From NCBI GenBank assembly GCA_963795385.1, contig CAWCHK010000012.1, positions 2,443-66,442 on the forward strand: a stretch of DNA of 64,000 nucleotides, read 5' to 3'. Position 1 is the stretch's first letter. Every line of letters begins with the position of its first letter. This DNA is from an uncultured Actinomycetota bacterium. GTDB taxonomy: Bacteria > Actinomycetota > Actinomycetes > Actinomycetales > CAVURS01. Made by a program: the position numbers and the translations under genes. A model generated the notes under the pieces. That model had not been told where the DNA came from and did no database searches. It saw nothing but the letters and a program-made list of their open reading frames with translations. Positions 1 through 9,739 of this stretch are shown piece by piece.

Positions 1-478
1 GCAGCGTGTAGAGGCGGGCGTCCTCGACGACGTAGTGCTGGCCGTGGTGGTCCACGCGGTCGCCGCCGAGCAGCTGACGGATGACCCCGATCGCCTCCTC
101 GAGCATCTCCAGCCGTACGTCGGCGGTCGGCCAGCGCTGACCGACGACATGCTCGTTCAGCGCCTCACCCGACCCGACCCCGAACTTCAGCCCGCCGGGC
201 AGCATCCGCGCGGCGGTCGCGACGGCCTGGGCCACCACCACGGGATGGGTCCGCACCGTCGGGCAGGTCACGGCGGTCGTGACCGGCAGCGAGGTCACCT
301 GGCTCAGAGCGCCGATGACCGACCAGACGAAGGGGCTCTGTCCCTGCTCGTCGTTCCACGGGTGGAAATGGTCGGAGATCCACAGGCTCTCGAAGCCGGC
401 CTCCTCGGCCAGCCTCGCCTGCCGGACCAGCTCCTCCGGCGGGTGCTCCTCGCTGGACAGGAAGTATCCGAGCTGCAT
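1..478 (-). CDS. F420-dependent LLM-class oxidoreductase (G6PDH-like family); 5' part, runs off the window
   Basis: Not in the ORF track. Manual translation from ATG at 478 gives MQLGYFLSSEEHPPEELVRQARLAEEAGFESLWISDHFHPWNDEQGQSPFVWSVIGALSQVT...GVGSGEALNEH, with the SDHFHPW and GEALNE motifs of this family. Confidence 0.85.
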   Translation of the reverse strand, partial: MQLGYFLSSEEHPPEELVRQARLAEEAGFESLWISDHFHPWNDEQGQSPFVWSVIGALSQVTSLPVTTAVTCPTVRTHPVVVAQAVATAARMLPGGLKFGVGSGEALNEHVVGQRWPTADVRLEMLEEAIGVIRQLLGGDRVDHHGQHYVVEDARLYTL

Positions 479-484
479 GTGGGC

Positions 485-521
485 CGCCTTGCCTGCCAAG
501 GGATCCAGCTGCGCGCTCAAC
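485..521 (-). promoter_or_regulatory. Conserved upstream motif, copy 1 (GCTGGATCCCTTGGCAGGCAAGGCG), just 5' of the LLM oxidoreductase ATG
   Basis: A near-identical copy lies at 11433-11470 in the same orientation, at a similar distance from the udgX ATG. Confidence 0.55.
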
Positions 522-656
522 TGGGCCGAGCCCACCTCACCAGCGCCGGCCGACGTCAGCAACTCGACAAGTGGCGGCCTGGCGGCACCTGGGCGAGGCT
601 GCTCTCATCGGCACTTCCCCCGTACCCGTTCCGCTCCGACTTCTTGACGAGGACTC

Positions 657-1157
657 ATGGCCACAGACGCGATCGTGCTGCTGAAAGAGGACCACAAGCG
701 GATGCGCGGCCTGTTCCGGCAGTTCCAGGCCGCCGGCGACACGGCGTACGCGACCAAGGACCGGCTGGCCCGGAAGATCATCGAGGAGCTCACGGTCCAC
801 ACGTACATCGAGAACGAGTGCATGTACCCAGAGACGCGCCAGCTGATGCCCGACCTCGAGGACGACATCCTCGAGTCCTACGAGGAGCACCACGTCGCCG
901 ACCTGCTCACCATGGAGCTGGCGACGATGAAGGCGAAGGACGAGCGGTTCACCGCCAAGATGACGGTGCTGATCGAGAACGTCCAGCACCACATGGACGA
1001 GGAGGAGCAGGACTGGTTCCCCAAGGTCCGCGCGGGCCTGGGCCGCAAGCGCCTGCAGGAGATGGGCGAGGAGATGGTCGCGATGAAGAAGAAGGCGCCT
1101 CGCAAGCCCAGCCAGCCCAGTGCGCTCAAGAAGACCATCGACGCCGTGCTCGCCTAG
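657..1157 (+). CDS. Hemerythrin/HHE cation-binding domain protein
   Basis: DH..., HTYIENE, EEHH and HHMDEEEQDWFP His/Glu motifs; GAGGA RBS. Confidence 0.9.
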   Translation: MATDAIVLLKEDHKRMRGLFRQFQAAGDTAYATKDRLARKIIEELTVHTYIENECMYPETRQLMPDLEDDILESYEEHHVADLLTMELATMKAKDERFTAKMTVLIENVQHHMDEEEQDWFPKVRAGLGRKRLQEMGEEMVAMKKKAPRKPSQPSALKKTIDAVLA

Positions 1158-1176
1158 CTGGCCGGGAGCCCGATCC

Positions 1177-4100
1177 ATGGACCTGCGTCGGTCGATCACG
1201 AGCTGGCCGGTGATCGCGCAGCTCACCACGAAGGACCGCCTCGGACGAGGCGCGGCCGCGACCTCGGACCGCACCCGGCGGCTCCAGCCCCGCACAGCGA
1301 CCGCCGACAAGGTGGTCGGCTCGGTCTGTCCCTACTGCGCCGTGGGCTGCGCCCAGAAGGTCTTCGTCAAGGATGGCCACGTCACTCAGATCGAGGGTGA
1401 CCCGGACTCGCCGGTGAGCCGGGGACGGTTGTGTCCCAAGGGATCGGCCAGCCTCCAGCTGACCACGGGACCCTCGCGCCGCCACGCCGTCCTCTACCGC
1501 GCACCGCATGCCCGGGAGTGGCAGCCGCTCGACCTGGACACGGCGATGGCGATGGTGGCCGACCGGATCGTGGACACCCGAGCAGCCACCTGGCAGGACA
1601 CCGAGGACGACCAGGCAGTGAACCGGACGATGGGCATCGCGACGCTCGGCGGCGCCACGCTGGACAACGAGGAGAACTACCTGATCAAGAAGCTGTTCAC
1701 CGCCCTCGGGGTCGTGCAGGTCGAGAACCAGGCCCGCGTGTGCCACAGCTCCACCGTCGTCGCGCTCGGCACGTCGTTCGGCCGGGGCGGCTCGACCACC
1801 TGCCTGCAGGACCTGCAGCACGCCGACTGCATCGTGATCGAGGGCTCGAACTTCGCCGAGGCGCACCCGGTCGGCTTCCAGTGGGTGATGGAGGCCAAGG
1901 CCCGCGGCGCGACCGTCATCCACGTCGACCCTCGGTTCACCCGGACCAGCGCCATGGCCGACGTCCACGTCCCGATCCGCGCCGGCAGCGACGTGGCGTT
2001 CCTCGGTGGCCTGATCCGGCACGTCCTGGAGAACGGCCTCGCCTTCATGGACTACGTCCGGACCTACACGAACGCCTCGACCCTCGTCTCCGAGGACTTC
2101 AAGGACACCGAGGACCTGGACGGCGTCTTCTCCGGCTTCAATCCCGAGACCCGGCACTACGACCAGGCCTCGTGGCAGTACGACGGCATGGACGTCCCGG
2201 CCGCCTCGGGTGACCGGGACGAGGGCTACGACCGGCTCACCGGCGGGGGCGCCAGCGTGGCGGAGTCGGGGCACGGCGAGTCGCACGGCTCGGGTGGCCC
2301 GGCCCTCGAGGGTGACCCGCGCCGGGACGAGACCATGCAGGACCCGCGATGCGTCTGGCAGGTCCTGCGCCGGCACTACGCCCGCTACACGCCGGAGATG
2401 GTGCAGGAGGTGTGCGGGATCCCGGCCGAGCTCTTCGGGCAGGTCGCCGACGCGGTCACCCGCAACTCGGGCCCGGACCGGACGACGGCCTTCGCCTACG
2501 CCGTCGGCTGGACCCAGCACACGACCGGCGCGCAGAACATCCGGGCCGCGTCCATCCTGCAGCTCTTGCTGGGCAACATCGGTCGTCGTGGCGGCGGCAT
2601 CATGGCCCTGCGCGGTCACGCCAGCATCCAGGGCTCCAGCGATATCCCGACCCTGTTCGACCTGCTCCCGGGGTACATCCCGATGCCCCACGCCCACGCC
2701 CACGAGGACCTCGGCCACTACCTCGAGGCCGAGACGGCCGAGAAGGGCTTCTGGGCCCACATGCCGGCGTACCTGGTGAGCCTGCTGAAGTCCTACTGGG
2801 GAGACGCGGCGACGTCGGACAACGACTACTGCTTCGACTACCTGCCGCGGCTGACCGGCTCGCACGGCACCTACCAGACCGTCGCGGCCCAGCTCGACGG
2901 TGAGTGCAAGGGCTACCTGCTCTTCGGCGAGAACCCCGCCGTCGGCTCGGCCAACGCCAAGATGCAACGGCTCGGGATGGCCGAGCTCGACTGGCTGGTG
3001 GTGCGCGACTTCTCCCTCATCGAGAGCGCGACGTGGTGGAAGGACGGCCCGGAGATCCTCAGCGGTGAGAAGCGCACGGAGGACATCGGCACGGAGGTCT
3101 TCTTCTTCCCCGCCGCGGCCCACACGGAGAAGGACGGCAGCTTCACCAACACCAACCGGATGCTCCAGTGGCATCACGCCGCCGTGGAGCCGGCGGGCGA
3201 CGCTCGCAGCGACCTGTGGTTCATGTATCACCTGGGCCGACTGGTCCGAGAGCGCTTGAGCGCGTCGACGGAGCTCCGCGACCGTCCGGTCCAGCAGCTC
3301 ACCTGGGACTACCCGACGTCCGGGCGGCTGGACGAGCCCAGCGCCGAGGCGGTCCTGGCCGAGATCAACGGGTTCGACGCGGACGGCCGGCCCCTCTCGG
3401 CGTACACCGAGCTGAAGGACGACGGTACGACGCGGTGCGGCTGCTGGATCTATTGCGGCGTGAACGCCGACGGGGTCAACCAGGCCGCCCGCCGCAAGCC
3501 CGCCGCCGAGCAGAACTGGCTCGGCCCGGAGTGGGGCTGGGTCTGGCCGGCGAACCGCCGCATCCTCTACAACCGGGCGTCCGCCGACCCCTCCGGGCAG
3601 CCGTGGAGCCACGACAAGCGCCTGGTCTGGTGGGACGACGCGACGGGGCGGTGGACGGGCGAGGACGTGCCGGACTTCGTGCCCGACAAGCGGCCCGACT
3701 ACCAGCCGCCCGACGGCGCCACCGGTCCCGAGGCACTGTCGGGCACCGACCCGTTCATCATGCAGGCCGACGGGCGTGGCTGGCTCTACGTGCCGTCCGG
3801 CGTCGTCGACGGCCCGATGCCGACGCACTACGAGCCGCAGGAATCCCCGATCCGGAACCCGCTCTACCCCAACCACTCCCGCAGCCCGGCGCGCGGAGTC
3901 ATGTCCCGTCGCGAGAACCTCTACCACCCCGACCCGGGCGAGCCCGGCACCGAGGACGCCTACCCCTTCGTCGTGACGACGTACCGGCTGACGGAGCACT
4001 TCACGGCGGGAGGGATGACTCGCTGGACGCCGTACCTGAGCGAGCTGCAGCCGGAGTTCTTCTGCGAGGTCTCGCCTCAGCTCGCCGAGCTGCGCGGGCT

Positions 4101-4437
4101 CGAGCACGGAGGCTGGGCGACCGTGGTCACCGCCCGCAACGCCATCGAGGCGAGGGTCCTGGTGACGACCCGGATCCCGCCGTTGCAGGCGGGCGGCCGC
4201 ACCATCCACCAGATCGGGCTGCCGTTCCACTGGGGCCCCAACGGCCTGAGCCAGGGGGATGCCGCCAACGAGCTCACCGCCATCGCCATGGACCCGACGG
4301 CCCATATCCAGGAGGACAAGGCGCTCACCGCCGACATCCAGCCGGGGCGGAAGCCACGTGGCCACCACCTGCCGGACTTCGTTGCGGCGCAGCGGGTCCG
4401 CGCCGGGGTCGACGAGCACACCGGGACGGACGTCTGA
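1177..4437 (+). CDS. fdnG: Formate dehydrogenase-N-like alpha subunit (Mo/W-bisPGD), cysteine form
   Basis: CPYCAVGC...GRLCPKG 4Fe-4S motif, NQARVCHSST active-site loop, ALRGHASIQG, C-terminal TTYRLTEH; start taken at ATG 1177. Confidence 0.92.
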   Translation: MDLRRSITSWPVIAQLTTKDRLGRGAAATSDRTRRLQPRTATADKVVGSVCPYCAVGCAQKVFVKDGHVTQIEGDPDSPVSRGRLCPKGSASLQLTTGPSRRHAVLYRAPHAREWQPLDLDTAMAMVADRIVDTRAATWQDTEDDQAVNRTMGIATLGGATLDNEENYLIKKLFTALGVVQVENQARVCHSSTVVALGTSFGRGGSTTCLQDLQHADCIVIEGSNFAEAHPVGFQWVMEAKARGATVIHVDPRFTRTSAMADVHVPIRAGSDVAFLGGLIRHVLENGLAFMDYVRTYTNASTLVSEDFKDTEDLDGVFSGFNPETRHYDQASWQYDGMDVPAASGDRDEGYDRLTGGGASVAESGHGESHGSGGPALEGDPRRDETMQDPRCVWQVLRRHYARYTPEMVQEVCGIPAELFGQVADAVTRNSGPDRTTAFAYAVGWTQHTTGAQNIRAASILQLLLGNIGRRGGGIMALRGHASIQGSSDIPTLFDLLPGYIPMPHAHAHEDLGHYLEAETAEKGFWAHMPAYLVSLLKSYWGDAATSDNDYCFDYLPRLTGSHGTYQTVAAQLDGECKGYLLFGENPAVGSANAKMQRLGMAELDWLVVRDFSLIESATWWKDGPEILSGEKRTEDIGTEVFFFPAAAHTEKDGSFTNTNRMLQWHHAAVEPAGDARSDLWFMYHLGRLVRERLSASTELRDRPVQQLTWDYPTSGRLDEPSAEAVLAEINGFDADGRPLSAYTELKDDGTTRCGCWIYCGVNADGVNQAARRKPAAEQNWLGPEWGWVWPANRRILYNRASADPSGQPWSHDKRLVWWDDATGRWTGEDVPDFVPDKRPDYQPPDGATGPEALSGTDPFIMQADGRGWLYVPSGVVDGPMPTHYEPQESPIRNPLYPNHSRSPARGVMSRRENLYHPDPGEPGTEDAYPFVVTTYRLTEHFTAGGMTRWTPYLSELQPEFFCEVSPQLAELRGLEHGGWATVVTARNAIEARVLVTTRIPPLQAGGRTIHQIGLPFHWGPNGLSQGDAANELTAIAMDPTAHIQEDKALTADIQPGRKPRGHHLPDFVAAQRVRAGVDEHTGTDV

Positions 4438-4438
4438 C

Positions 4439-5317
4439 ATGAAGACCTTCCTCGGCAACGTCCTGTCCGGGCCTGAGCACGACGTCGCGGCCGATGCCGG
4501 CCACGTCGACCCGCCGCCCCGGAAGGGCTTCTTCACCGACACCAGCATCTGCATCGGCTGCAAGGCCTGCGAGGTCGCGTGCAAGGAGTGGAACCACGTC
4601 CCCAGCACACCGCTGAGCTTCTCCGGCAACTCCTACGACAACACGATGCAGCTGGATGCCAACACCTGGCGGCACGTCGCGTTCATCGAGCAGCAGCGCG
4701 AGATCATCGCGCCGGACCAGCCCGAGCCGGGGGCGGGAGCGCCACCGGGCCCGCGCTGGTTGATGGCCTCCGACGTCTGCAAGCACTGCACTCACGCCGC
4801 GTGCCTGGACGTGTGCCCGACCGGTGCGCTGATCCGGACCGAGTTCGGCACCGTGGTCGTCCAGGAGGACGTCTGCAACGGTTGCGGCTACTGCGTTTCG
4901 GCCTGTCCGTACGGCGTCATCGACCAGCGCCAGGACGACGGCCGGGTCTGGAAGTGCACGATGTGCTACGACCGGCTCGGCGGCGGCCTGGAGCCGGCCT
5001 GTGCCACGGCCTGCCCCACCAAGTCGATCCAGTACGGCGACCTCGACGAGCTGCGCGAGCGGGCCAGCGCCCGGGTGGAGGAGCTGCACCGCAGCGGCGA
5101 GTCCAGCGCCCGGCTCTACGGCGAGGACCCTTCGGACGGTGTGGGCGGTGACGGCGCCTTCTTCCTCCTGCTCGACGAGCCGGAGGTGTACGGCCTACCG
5201 CCCGACCCGGTCGTGACGACCCGCGACCTCGGGGCGATGTGGCGACAGGCCGGAGCCGCCGCACTCACGCTCGGGGCCCTGGCCCTGGCCAGCTTCGCCC
5301 GGAGGCCGCGGCGATGA
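4439..5317 (+). CDS. fdnH: Formate dehydrogenase iron-sulfur beta subunit
   Basis: CIGCKACEVAC, CKHCTHAAC, CNGCGYCVSAC and KCTMCYDR ferredoxin motifs; C-terminal hydrophobic anchor. Confidence 0.9.
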   Translation: MKTFLGNVLSGPEHDVAADAGHVDPPPRKGFFTDTSICIGCKACEVACKEWNHVPSTPLSFSGNSYDNTMQLDANTWRHVAFIEQQREIIAPDQPEPGAGAPPGPRWLMASDVCKHCTHAACLDVCPTGALIRTEFGTVVVQEDVCNGCGYCVSACPYGVIDQRQDDGRVWKCTMCYDRLGGGLEPACATACPTKSIQYGDLDELRERASARVEELHRSGESSARLYGEDPSDGVGGDGAFFLLLDEPEVYGLPPDPVVTTRDLGAMWRQAGAAALTLGALALASFARRPRR

Positions 5318-6270
5318 CCGCCGACCTGGGCCGCCGCCGCGGCGGCCGGGGACGCGGCCGGGGCGAGCAGCTGGTCGTGCCCCCGGCCGAGTTCACCAGC
5401 TACTACGGCCGTCCCATCCTCAAACCGCCGACCTGGCAGGCTGCCGACATCGCCGGCTACCTGTTCCTCGGCGGCCTCGCCGGCGCCTCGTCCGTCCTCG
5501 CCGCGGGCGCCGAGCGCACGGACCGGCCGGGTCTGGCCCGCTCCGGCAAGATCGCAGCCCTCGGGGCCATCTCCCTGTCCGCGGCGGCGCTGGTCCACGA
5601 CCTCGGCCGCCCGGCGCGCTTCGTCAACATGCTGCGGGTCCTCAAGCCGACGTCGCCGATGAGCATCGGCTCGTGGCTGCTCGCGGGCTACGGACCGGCC
5701 GCGGGGCTGGCCGCCGTCACCGACGTCACCGGCCTCGGGCCGCGCGTCGGTCGGGCTGCGACTACTGGTGCCGCCGTCCTCGGGCCGGCCGTCGCGGCGT
5801 ACACCAGCGTGCTGCTCGCCGACACCGCCGTACCGGCCTGGCACGACGCCCGGCTCGAGTTGCCCTTCCTCTTCGTCGGCTCCGCGGCGAGCGCCGCCGC
5901 CGGGGCCGCGATGGTCACCGCGCCGCATCGCGAGCAGGCGCCCGCGCGGCGCCTCGCCGTCCTCGGCAGCGCGCTCGAGGTGGCCGCGGAGAGTCGGCTC
6001 GACCAGGCGGGCCGGGTGGAGCGGCGCTCGTACGGCGAGGGCCGTGCCGCCACCCTGCTCAAGAGCGGGCGAGCCCTGGCGGTGGCCGGGGCGGTCGTTG
6101 CCGGCACCCTCGGTCGGCGGTCCCTGTGGGCCTCCCGGTTCGCCGGCGTTGCCCTGCTCGCCGGTTCCGCCGCAACGCGATTCGGTGTCTTCGAGGCCGG
6201 CGTCGCCTCCTCGGCCGACCCGGAGCAGGTCGTGGTCCCGCAGCGGGCGCGCCTGGCCGCTTCGGGCTAG
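5314..6270 (+). CDS. NrfD/PsrC-family membrane anchor subunit
   Basis: SYYGRPILKPPTW, YLFLGGLAG and DLGRPARF..ML...KPTSPMSIGSW motifs; ATGA coupling to the beta subunit. Confidence 0.85.
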   Translation: MTADLGRRRGGRGRGRGEQLVVPPAEFTSYYGRPILKPPTWQAADIAGYLFLGGLAGASSVLAAGAERTDRPGLARSGKIAALGAISLSAAALVHDLGRPARFVNMLRVLKPTSPMSIGSWLLAGYGPAAGLAAVTDVTGLGPRVGRAATTGAAVLGPAVAAYTSVLLADTAVPAWHDARLELPFLFVGSAASAAAGAAMVTAPHREQAPARRLAVLGSALEVAAESRLDQAGRVERRSYGEGRAATLLKSGRALAVAGAVVAGTLGRRSLWASRFAGVALLAGSAATRFGVFEAGVASSADPEQVVVPQRARLAASG

Positions 6271-6308
6271 CCTCGACGGACGAGCGAGCCGCTAGCCCTG
6301 GAGGTGTC

Positions 6309-6494
6309 ATGTCGGTCGAGAGTTCGGACTTCAGCCCGGAGAGCATCGACCCCGACGAGGGTCTGCCGGACGCCGGGGCCGCCCCCGGTGATCGGGAGGA
6401 CCGCATCGACGAGGCGTCGGCCGGCCCGGCCGGCGACGAGCAGGCCCGCCAGGTCGGTGACGACGCGGCCGGCGAAGCAGGGACTGAGAGCTAG
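6309..6494 (+). CDS. Small acidic hydrophilic protein (61 aa)
   Basis: GGAGG RBS then ATG 6309; D/E/G/A-rich; stop abuts the next start. Confidence 0.55.
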   Translation: MSVESSDFSPESIDPDEGLPDAGAAPGDREDRIDEASAGPAGDEQARQVGDDAAGEAGTES

Positions 6495-6860
6495 GTGGTC
6501 CGGACCGGGCAGTGGACGCTCGACGTCCACGATCTCCCGAGGCTGGCCGAGTTCTGGTCGCAGGTCATGGGTTTCGAGGTCGACGCGGACGACAACGGCG
6601 CCACCTTGTGGGCGAAGGGCGACGAGCCGGCGGTCACCATCTGGCTGCAGCAGGTCGACGAGGCCAAAGCCGGCAAGAACCGGTGCCACCCCGACCTGGT
6701 GGTCGACGGGGACGTCGATGCCGAGGTCGACCGGCTGATCGCCCTCGGTGCCACCCACGCCGATGTCGGGCAAACCGGCGACGAGGGTTTCGTCGTCCTG
6801 GCCGACCCGGAGGGCAACGAGTTCTGCCTGCTCCGCTCCGACCCGAGACAGCGGCACTGA
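6495..6860 (+). CDS. VOC/glyoxalase family protein
   Basis: LAEFWSQVMG, KNRCHPDL, VLADPEGNEFCL. Confidence 0.88.
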   Translation: MVRTGQWTLDVHDLPRLAEFWSQVMGFEVDADDNGATLWAKGDEPAVTIWLQQVDEAKAGKNRCHPDLVVDGDVDAEVDRLIALGATHADVGQTGDEGFVVLADPEGNEFCLLRSDPRQRH

Positions 6861-6888
6861 CGCTACCGACGCGGTCGCCGGGAGCTGA

Positions 6889-7755
6889 TCAGGCCTGAAG
6901 CTCGGTCAGGACCCGCGGGAGCTCGTCGACCAGCTCCCGCGCGAGGAATCCGATCCGCCCGACGTGTGGGGCGAGCCGGTCGCCCGCGGCGGCGTGCAGG
7001 TAGGTCCCCCAACACAGCGCCTGGGCCGGCTCCACCTGCCGCCCGAGCAGCCCCGCCACCGCTCCCGCGAGGACGTCGCCGCTGCCGGAGGTTCCCAGGC
7101 CTGCGTGGCCGAACGGCACCACCCAGCCCCGGCCTCGATGGTGCACCTGTCCCTGGTACGACACAGCCGCGTCGTACCGGCTCGCGATCGAGGCGGCCAC
7201 CTCGGCATCGTCGCCCAGGTCGGCCTCGTCGACCTCCAGCAGGCGCGCGGCCTCGGAGCGGTTCGGCGTGAGGCTCACCCGGCCGCGCCAGCGGGACAGG
7301 TCCTGCAGGCCCGGAACGGCGCCGAGGGCGTACGCATCGAGGATCACCTGACAGCCGTCGGGGACTGTGTCGATGAGGGCGTTCAACAGCTGCTCCGTCT
7401 CGGCGGCGTCGTCCAGGCCCGGCCCGACCAGGCAGGCGTCACACCCGTCCAGGGCCTGCGCGAGCGCATCGGCCGCACCGCCGCTCACCGAGCCTGCGGG
7501 GGTCTCCGGGAGGCCTGTCACCGCCGCCTCGGGCAGGGCGACGGCGACCGGCACCGCCACTGAGCCGGCAACGGCCAGCGCGAGCACGCCGGCTCCGACC
7601 CGGAGGGCTGCGGTGCCGGCCAGCATGGCCGCGCCCGGAGTGGACCGCGCCCCGCCGACGACCAGGACGTGACCACGCCCGTGCTTGGAGCCGCCGGGGG
7701 CCGGCAGCGACCACTCCCGCAGCAGCGCCGCGGTCACGACCTCAGGACCGGCCAT
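6889..7755 (-). CDS. nnrD: ADP/ATP-dependent NAD(P)H-hydrate dehydratase (stand-alone YjeF-C)
   Basis: SKHGRGHVLVVGG, GPGL, ILDA, TPN..EAARL, LGTSGSGDVLAG; start may be 7770. Confidence 0.8.
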   Translation of the reverse strand: MAGPEVVTAALLREWSLPAPGGSKHGRGHVLVVGGARSTPGAAMLAGTAALRVGAGVLALAVAGSVAVPVAVALPEAAVTGLPETPAGSVSGGAADALAQALDGCDACLVGPGLDDAAETEQLLNALIDTVPDGCQVILDAYALGAVPGLQDLSRWRGRVSLTPNRSEAARLLEVDEADLGDDAEVAASIASRYDAAVSYQGQVHHRGRGWVVPFGHAGLGTSGSGDVLAGAVAGLLGRQVEPAQALCWGTYLHAAAGDRLAPHVGRIGFLARELVDELPRVLTELQA

Positions 7756-8482
7756 CGGCGCCGTCACCACCTCCGGGGTCGCTGACCGCGGCAGCAGTCA
7801 GGTGCTCGACCGCGTTGAAGCTCTCCGCGATCCACAGCGGCGAGTCGCCGTCGAGCACCAGACGAGTGATCGAGGCGTTCGCGACCTCGGTACGCCGGGC
7901 CGTCTCCAGCAATGTCGTCTCGTCCCATCCCTCGCACACGTAGCGCAGCAGCATGATGACCGCGTCGTGGCTGACCACCAGTGCGCTGTTGGCTTGCGGC
8001 GCAGCGGAGTTCAGATCCGACAGGAACGACCGCAGCCGCAGGGCGACGTCGGCCCAGGACTCCCCGCCGGGCGGCCGGTAGTACAGCTTGCCCAGCCAGT
8101 CCCGCCGCTCCGCCTCCGCCGGGTACCGGGCCAGGACGCCGTCCCTGGTCAGCAGGTCGAGGATGCCCAGCTCGCGGTCGCGCAGCCGCTCGTCGAGATG
8201 GATCTCCTGCTCCAGCCCGGCCGCGGACAGGGCCGCCGCAGCGGTCTGCCGGGCCCGCGTGTACGGCGAGGAGAAGACCACGCCGGGCGGCGTCGACGTC
8301 AGGGACCGGAGCCATCCGCCGACGGCCTCGGCCTGGTGGACCCCCAGCGTGCTCAACGGCACATCGGCGTCGCGACAGCCGGCATCGATGGTCTCGCCGC
8401 CGGCCGCCAGGGCTGCTTCGCGCGCGACGTTGCCCGTGCTCTCGCCGTGCCGGACCAGGATCAGCTCGTTGACGGGTGACAT
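7742..8482 (-). CDS. Histidine phosphatase (phosphoglycerate mutase family)
   Basis: LVRHGES, SSPYTRARQTA, PPGGES, VVSHDA; AGGAG-like RBS before ATG 8482. Confidence 0.88.
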   Translation of the reverse strand: MSPVNELILVRHGESTGNVAREAALAAGGETIDAGCRDADVPLSTLGVHQAEAVGGWLRSLTSTPPGVVFSSPYTRARQTAAAALSAAGLEQEIHLDERLRDRELGILDLLTRDGVLARYPAEAERRDWLGKLYYRPPGGESWADVALRLRSFLSDLNSAAPQANSALVVSHDAVIMLLRYVCEGWDETTLLETARRTEVANASITRLVLDGDSPLWIAESFNAVEHLTAAAVSDPGGGDGADGRS

Positions 8483-8531
8483 CTGGTGGGCCTCTCCTCT
8501 CAGTCGCTGCCGCCGGCGTGCTGACCTCGAA

Positions 8532-9038
8532 TCATGGTTGCCTCGAACCGGACTCGCCACCCGGGCGGGGGCGGCGGGATCGACGAGCACGCCTGCGCCA
8601 CAGCGAGACCGCGACGAGGACGCCGGCAGCGATGAGGGCGATGGTGCGTGCGCGGGAGGTCCTGGCGCGCCGTACGACGTCAGGCGGTGGCGGCGTCCCC
8701 TCCTGACCAGCCCTCATGTGCTCCGACGGTCCGGCCGTGGACGGAGCGGCACCCGGTCCTGTGATGATCTCGGCCGCGAGGTTCGCCGGCGCTTCTTCGA
8801 GCGCCCGCGCCAGGGCCGGATCGTCCTCCTGCTCCGTCTCGGAGGCCTCGGTGTCCAGGATGTAGCTGCGGCCGTGGACCGCCTCCCGGGCGAGAGCGTC
8901 GAGCCAGCTCTCACTCGGTACCGCGATGCCGGCCTCGGACAGACGGGCCGCCAGCTCGGACCTGGTGGTGCCGATCGAGCGGTGGGCGCTGTGCCGGGCG
9001 ACGTCGTCGATGATGCGACGCAGCCGCTCCTGGCTCAC
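8532..9038 (-). CDS. Hypothetical protein with C-terminal membrane anchor
   Basis: GTG 9038 overlaps the stop of the upstream ANTAR gene (GTGA); hydrophobic IALIAAGVLVAVSLW followed by Arg residues. Confidence 0.55.
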   Translation of the reverse strand: MSQERLRRIIDDVARHSAHRSIGTTRSELAARLSEAGIAVPSESWLDALAREAVHGRSYILDTEASETEQEDDPALARALEEAPANLAAEIITGPGAAPSTAGPSEHMRAGQEGTPPPPDVVRRARTSRARTIALIAAGVLVAVSLWRRRARRSRRPRPGGESGSRQP

Positions 9039-9739
9039 GTCGACTCTGGCCAGCGCTGACGGCTGAGCTCGTCGATGACCTTGGCCGCGATCTCGCGCAG
9101 CTTGACGTTGGCGTCCTGGGAGTTGCGAGACAGGAAGCGGAACGACTGCTCCTCCGTCAGCCCGTAGCGCAGCATCAACATCCCCTGGGCGACGCCGATC
9201 GTGTGGCGCGACTGCAGGGCGGTCTGCAGGTGGTCGCTCTCGTTGCTGGCTGCGATCGCGTTGCCGGCGTGGGTGGCGTAGATCTGCGCGGTGATCACGG
9301 CATCCTCGTCGAACGCGTCGACCGCCTTCGCGTAGAGGTTCATCGCCGCGTGCAGGCGCCCCTGGCCGGTGAGCTGGACGGACAGCACGCTGCTGATCCC
9401 CGACTCGGCGGCCGTCGCCACCCAGCGGGGCCAGCGGCTCTCGGCGCCGGTGTCCCGGATCAGGCAGGTCTGCTCGGCGCGGGCCGCGGCGAGGCACGGC
9501 CCCTCGCCCAGGTCGTGCTGGGCGCGGTCCAGGTCCGCGATCAGCGGATCGGTGGCAGCCGCGGTCTCCAACCGGTCCGGCCGGGTGAGGGTGAACCCGG
9601 CGTAGTCACAACCCGGGATCGACTGCCGGGCCAGCTCCACCACGCGCTGCACGGTCTGCGTGGTGTCCGGCTCCCCCGCGAGCTCCCGGCTGAGCCGGGC
9701 GAAGGCGGCCGCGTCAGTGGGGTTCAGGTGGTCGGTCAC
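9035..9739 (-). CDS. GAF and ANTAR domain protein
   Basis: DRAQHDLGEGPCL (GAF) and ALQSRHTIGVAQGMLM.RYGL....SFRFL.R.SQDANVKLREIA (ANTAR). Confidence 0.9.
   Translation of the reverse strand: MTDHLNPTDAAAFARLSRELAGEPDTTQTVQRVVELARQSIPGCDYAGFTLTRPDRLETAAATDPLIADLDRAQHDLGEGPCLAAARAEQTCLIRDTGAESRWPRWVATAAESGISSVLSVQLTGQGRLHAAMNLYAKAVDAFDEDAVITAQIYATHAGNAIAASNESDHLQTALQSRHTIGVAQGMLMLRYGLTEEQSFRFLSRNSQDANVKLREIAAKVIDELSRQRWPEST

Noticed and set aside
35..1213. 392-aa + strand ORF
   Set aside because: Shadow of the minus-strand LLM gene and an off-frame reading of hemerythrin; no family motifs
1741..1790. Possible selenocysteine recoding in FDH
   Set aside because: The codon is TGC, the ORF is open, and no SECIS hairpin was recognised
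1126..4629. 1167-aa antisense ORF, and similar long antisense ORFs throughout (e.g. 23639-26506, 51427-53250)
   Set aside because: Expected mirror frames of high-GC3 genes, which lack stops on the opposite strand
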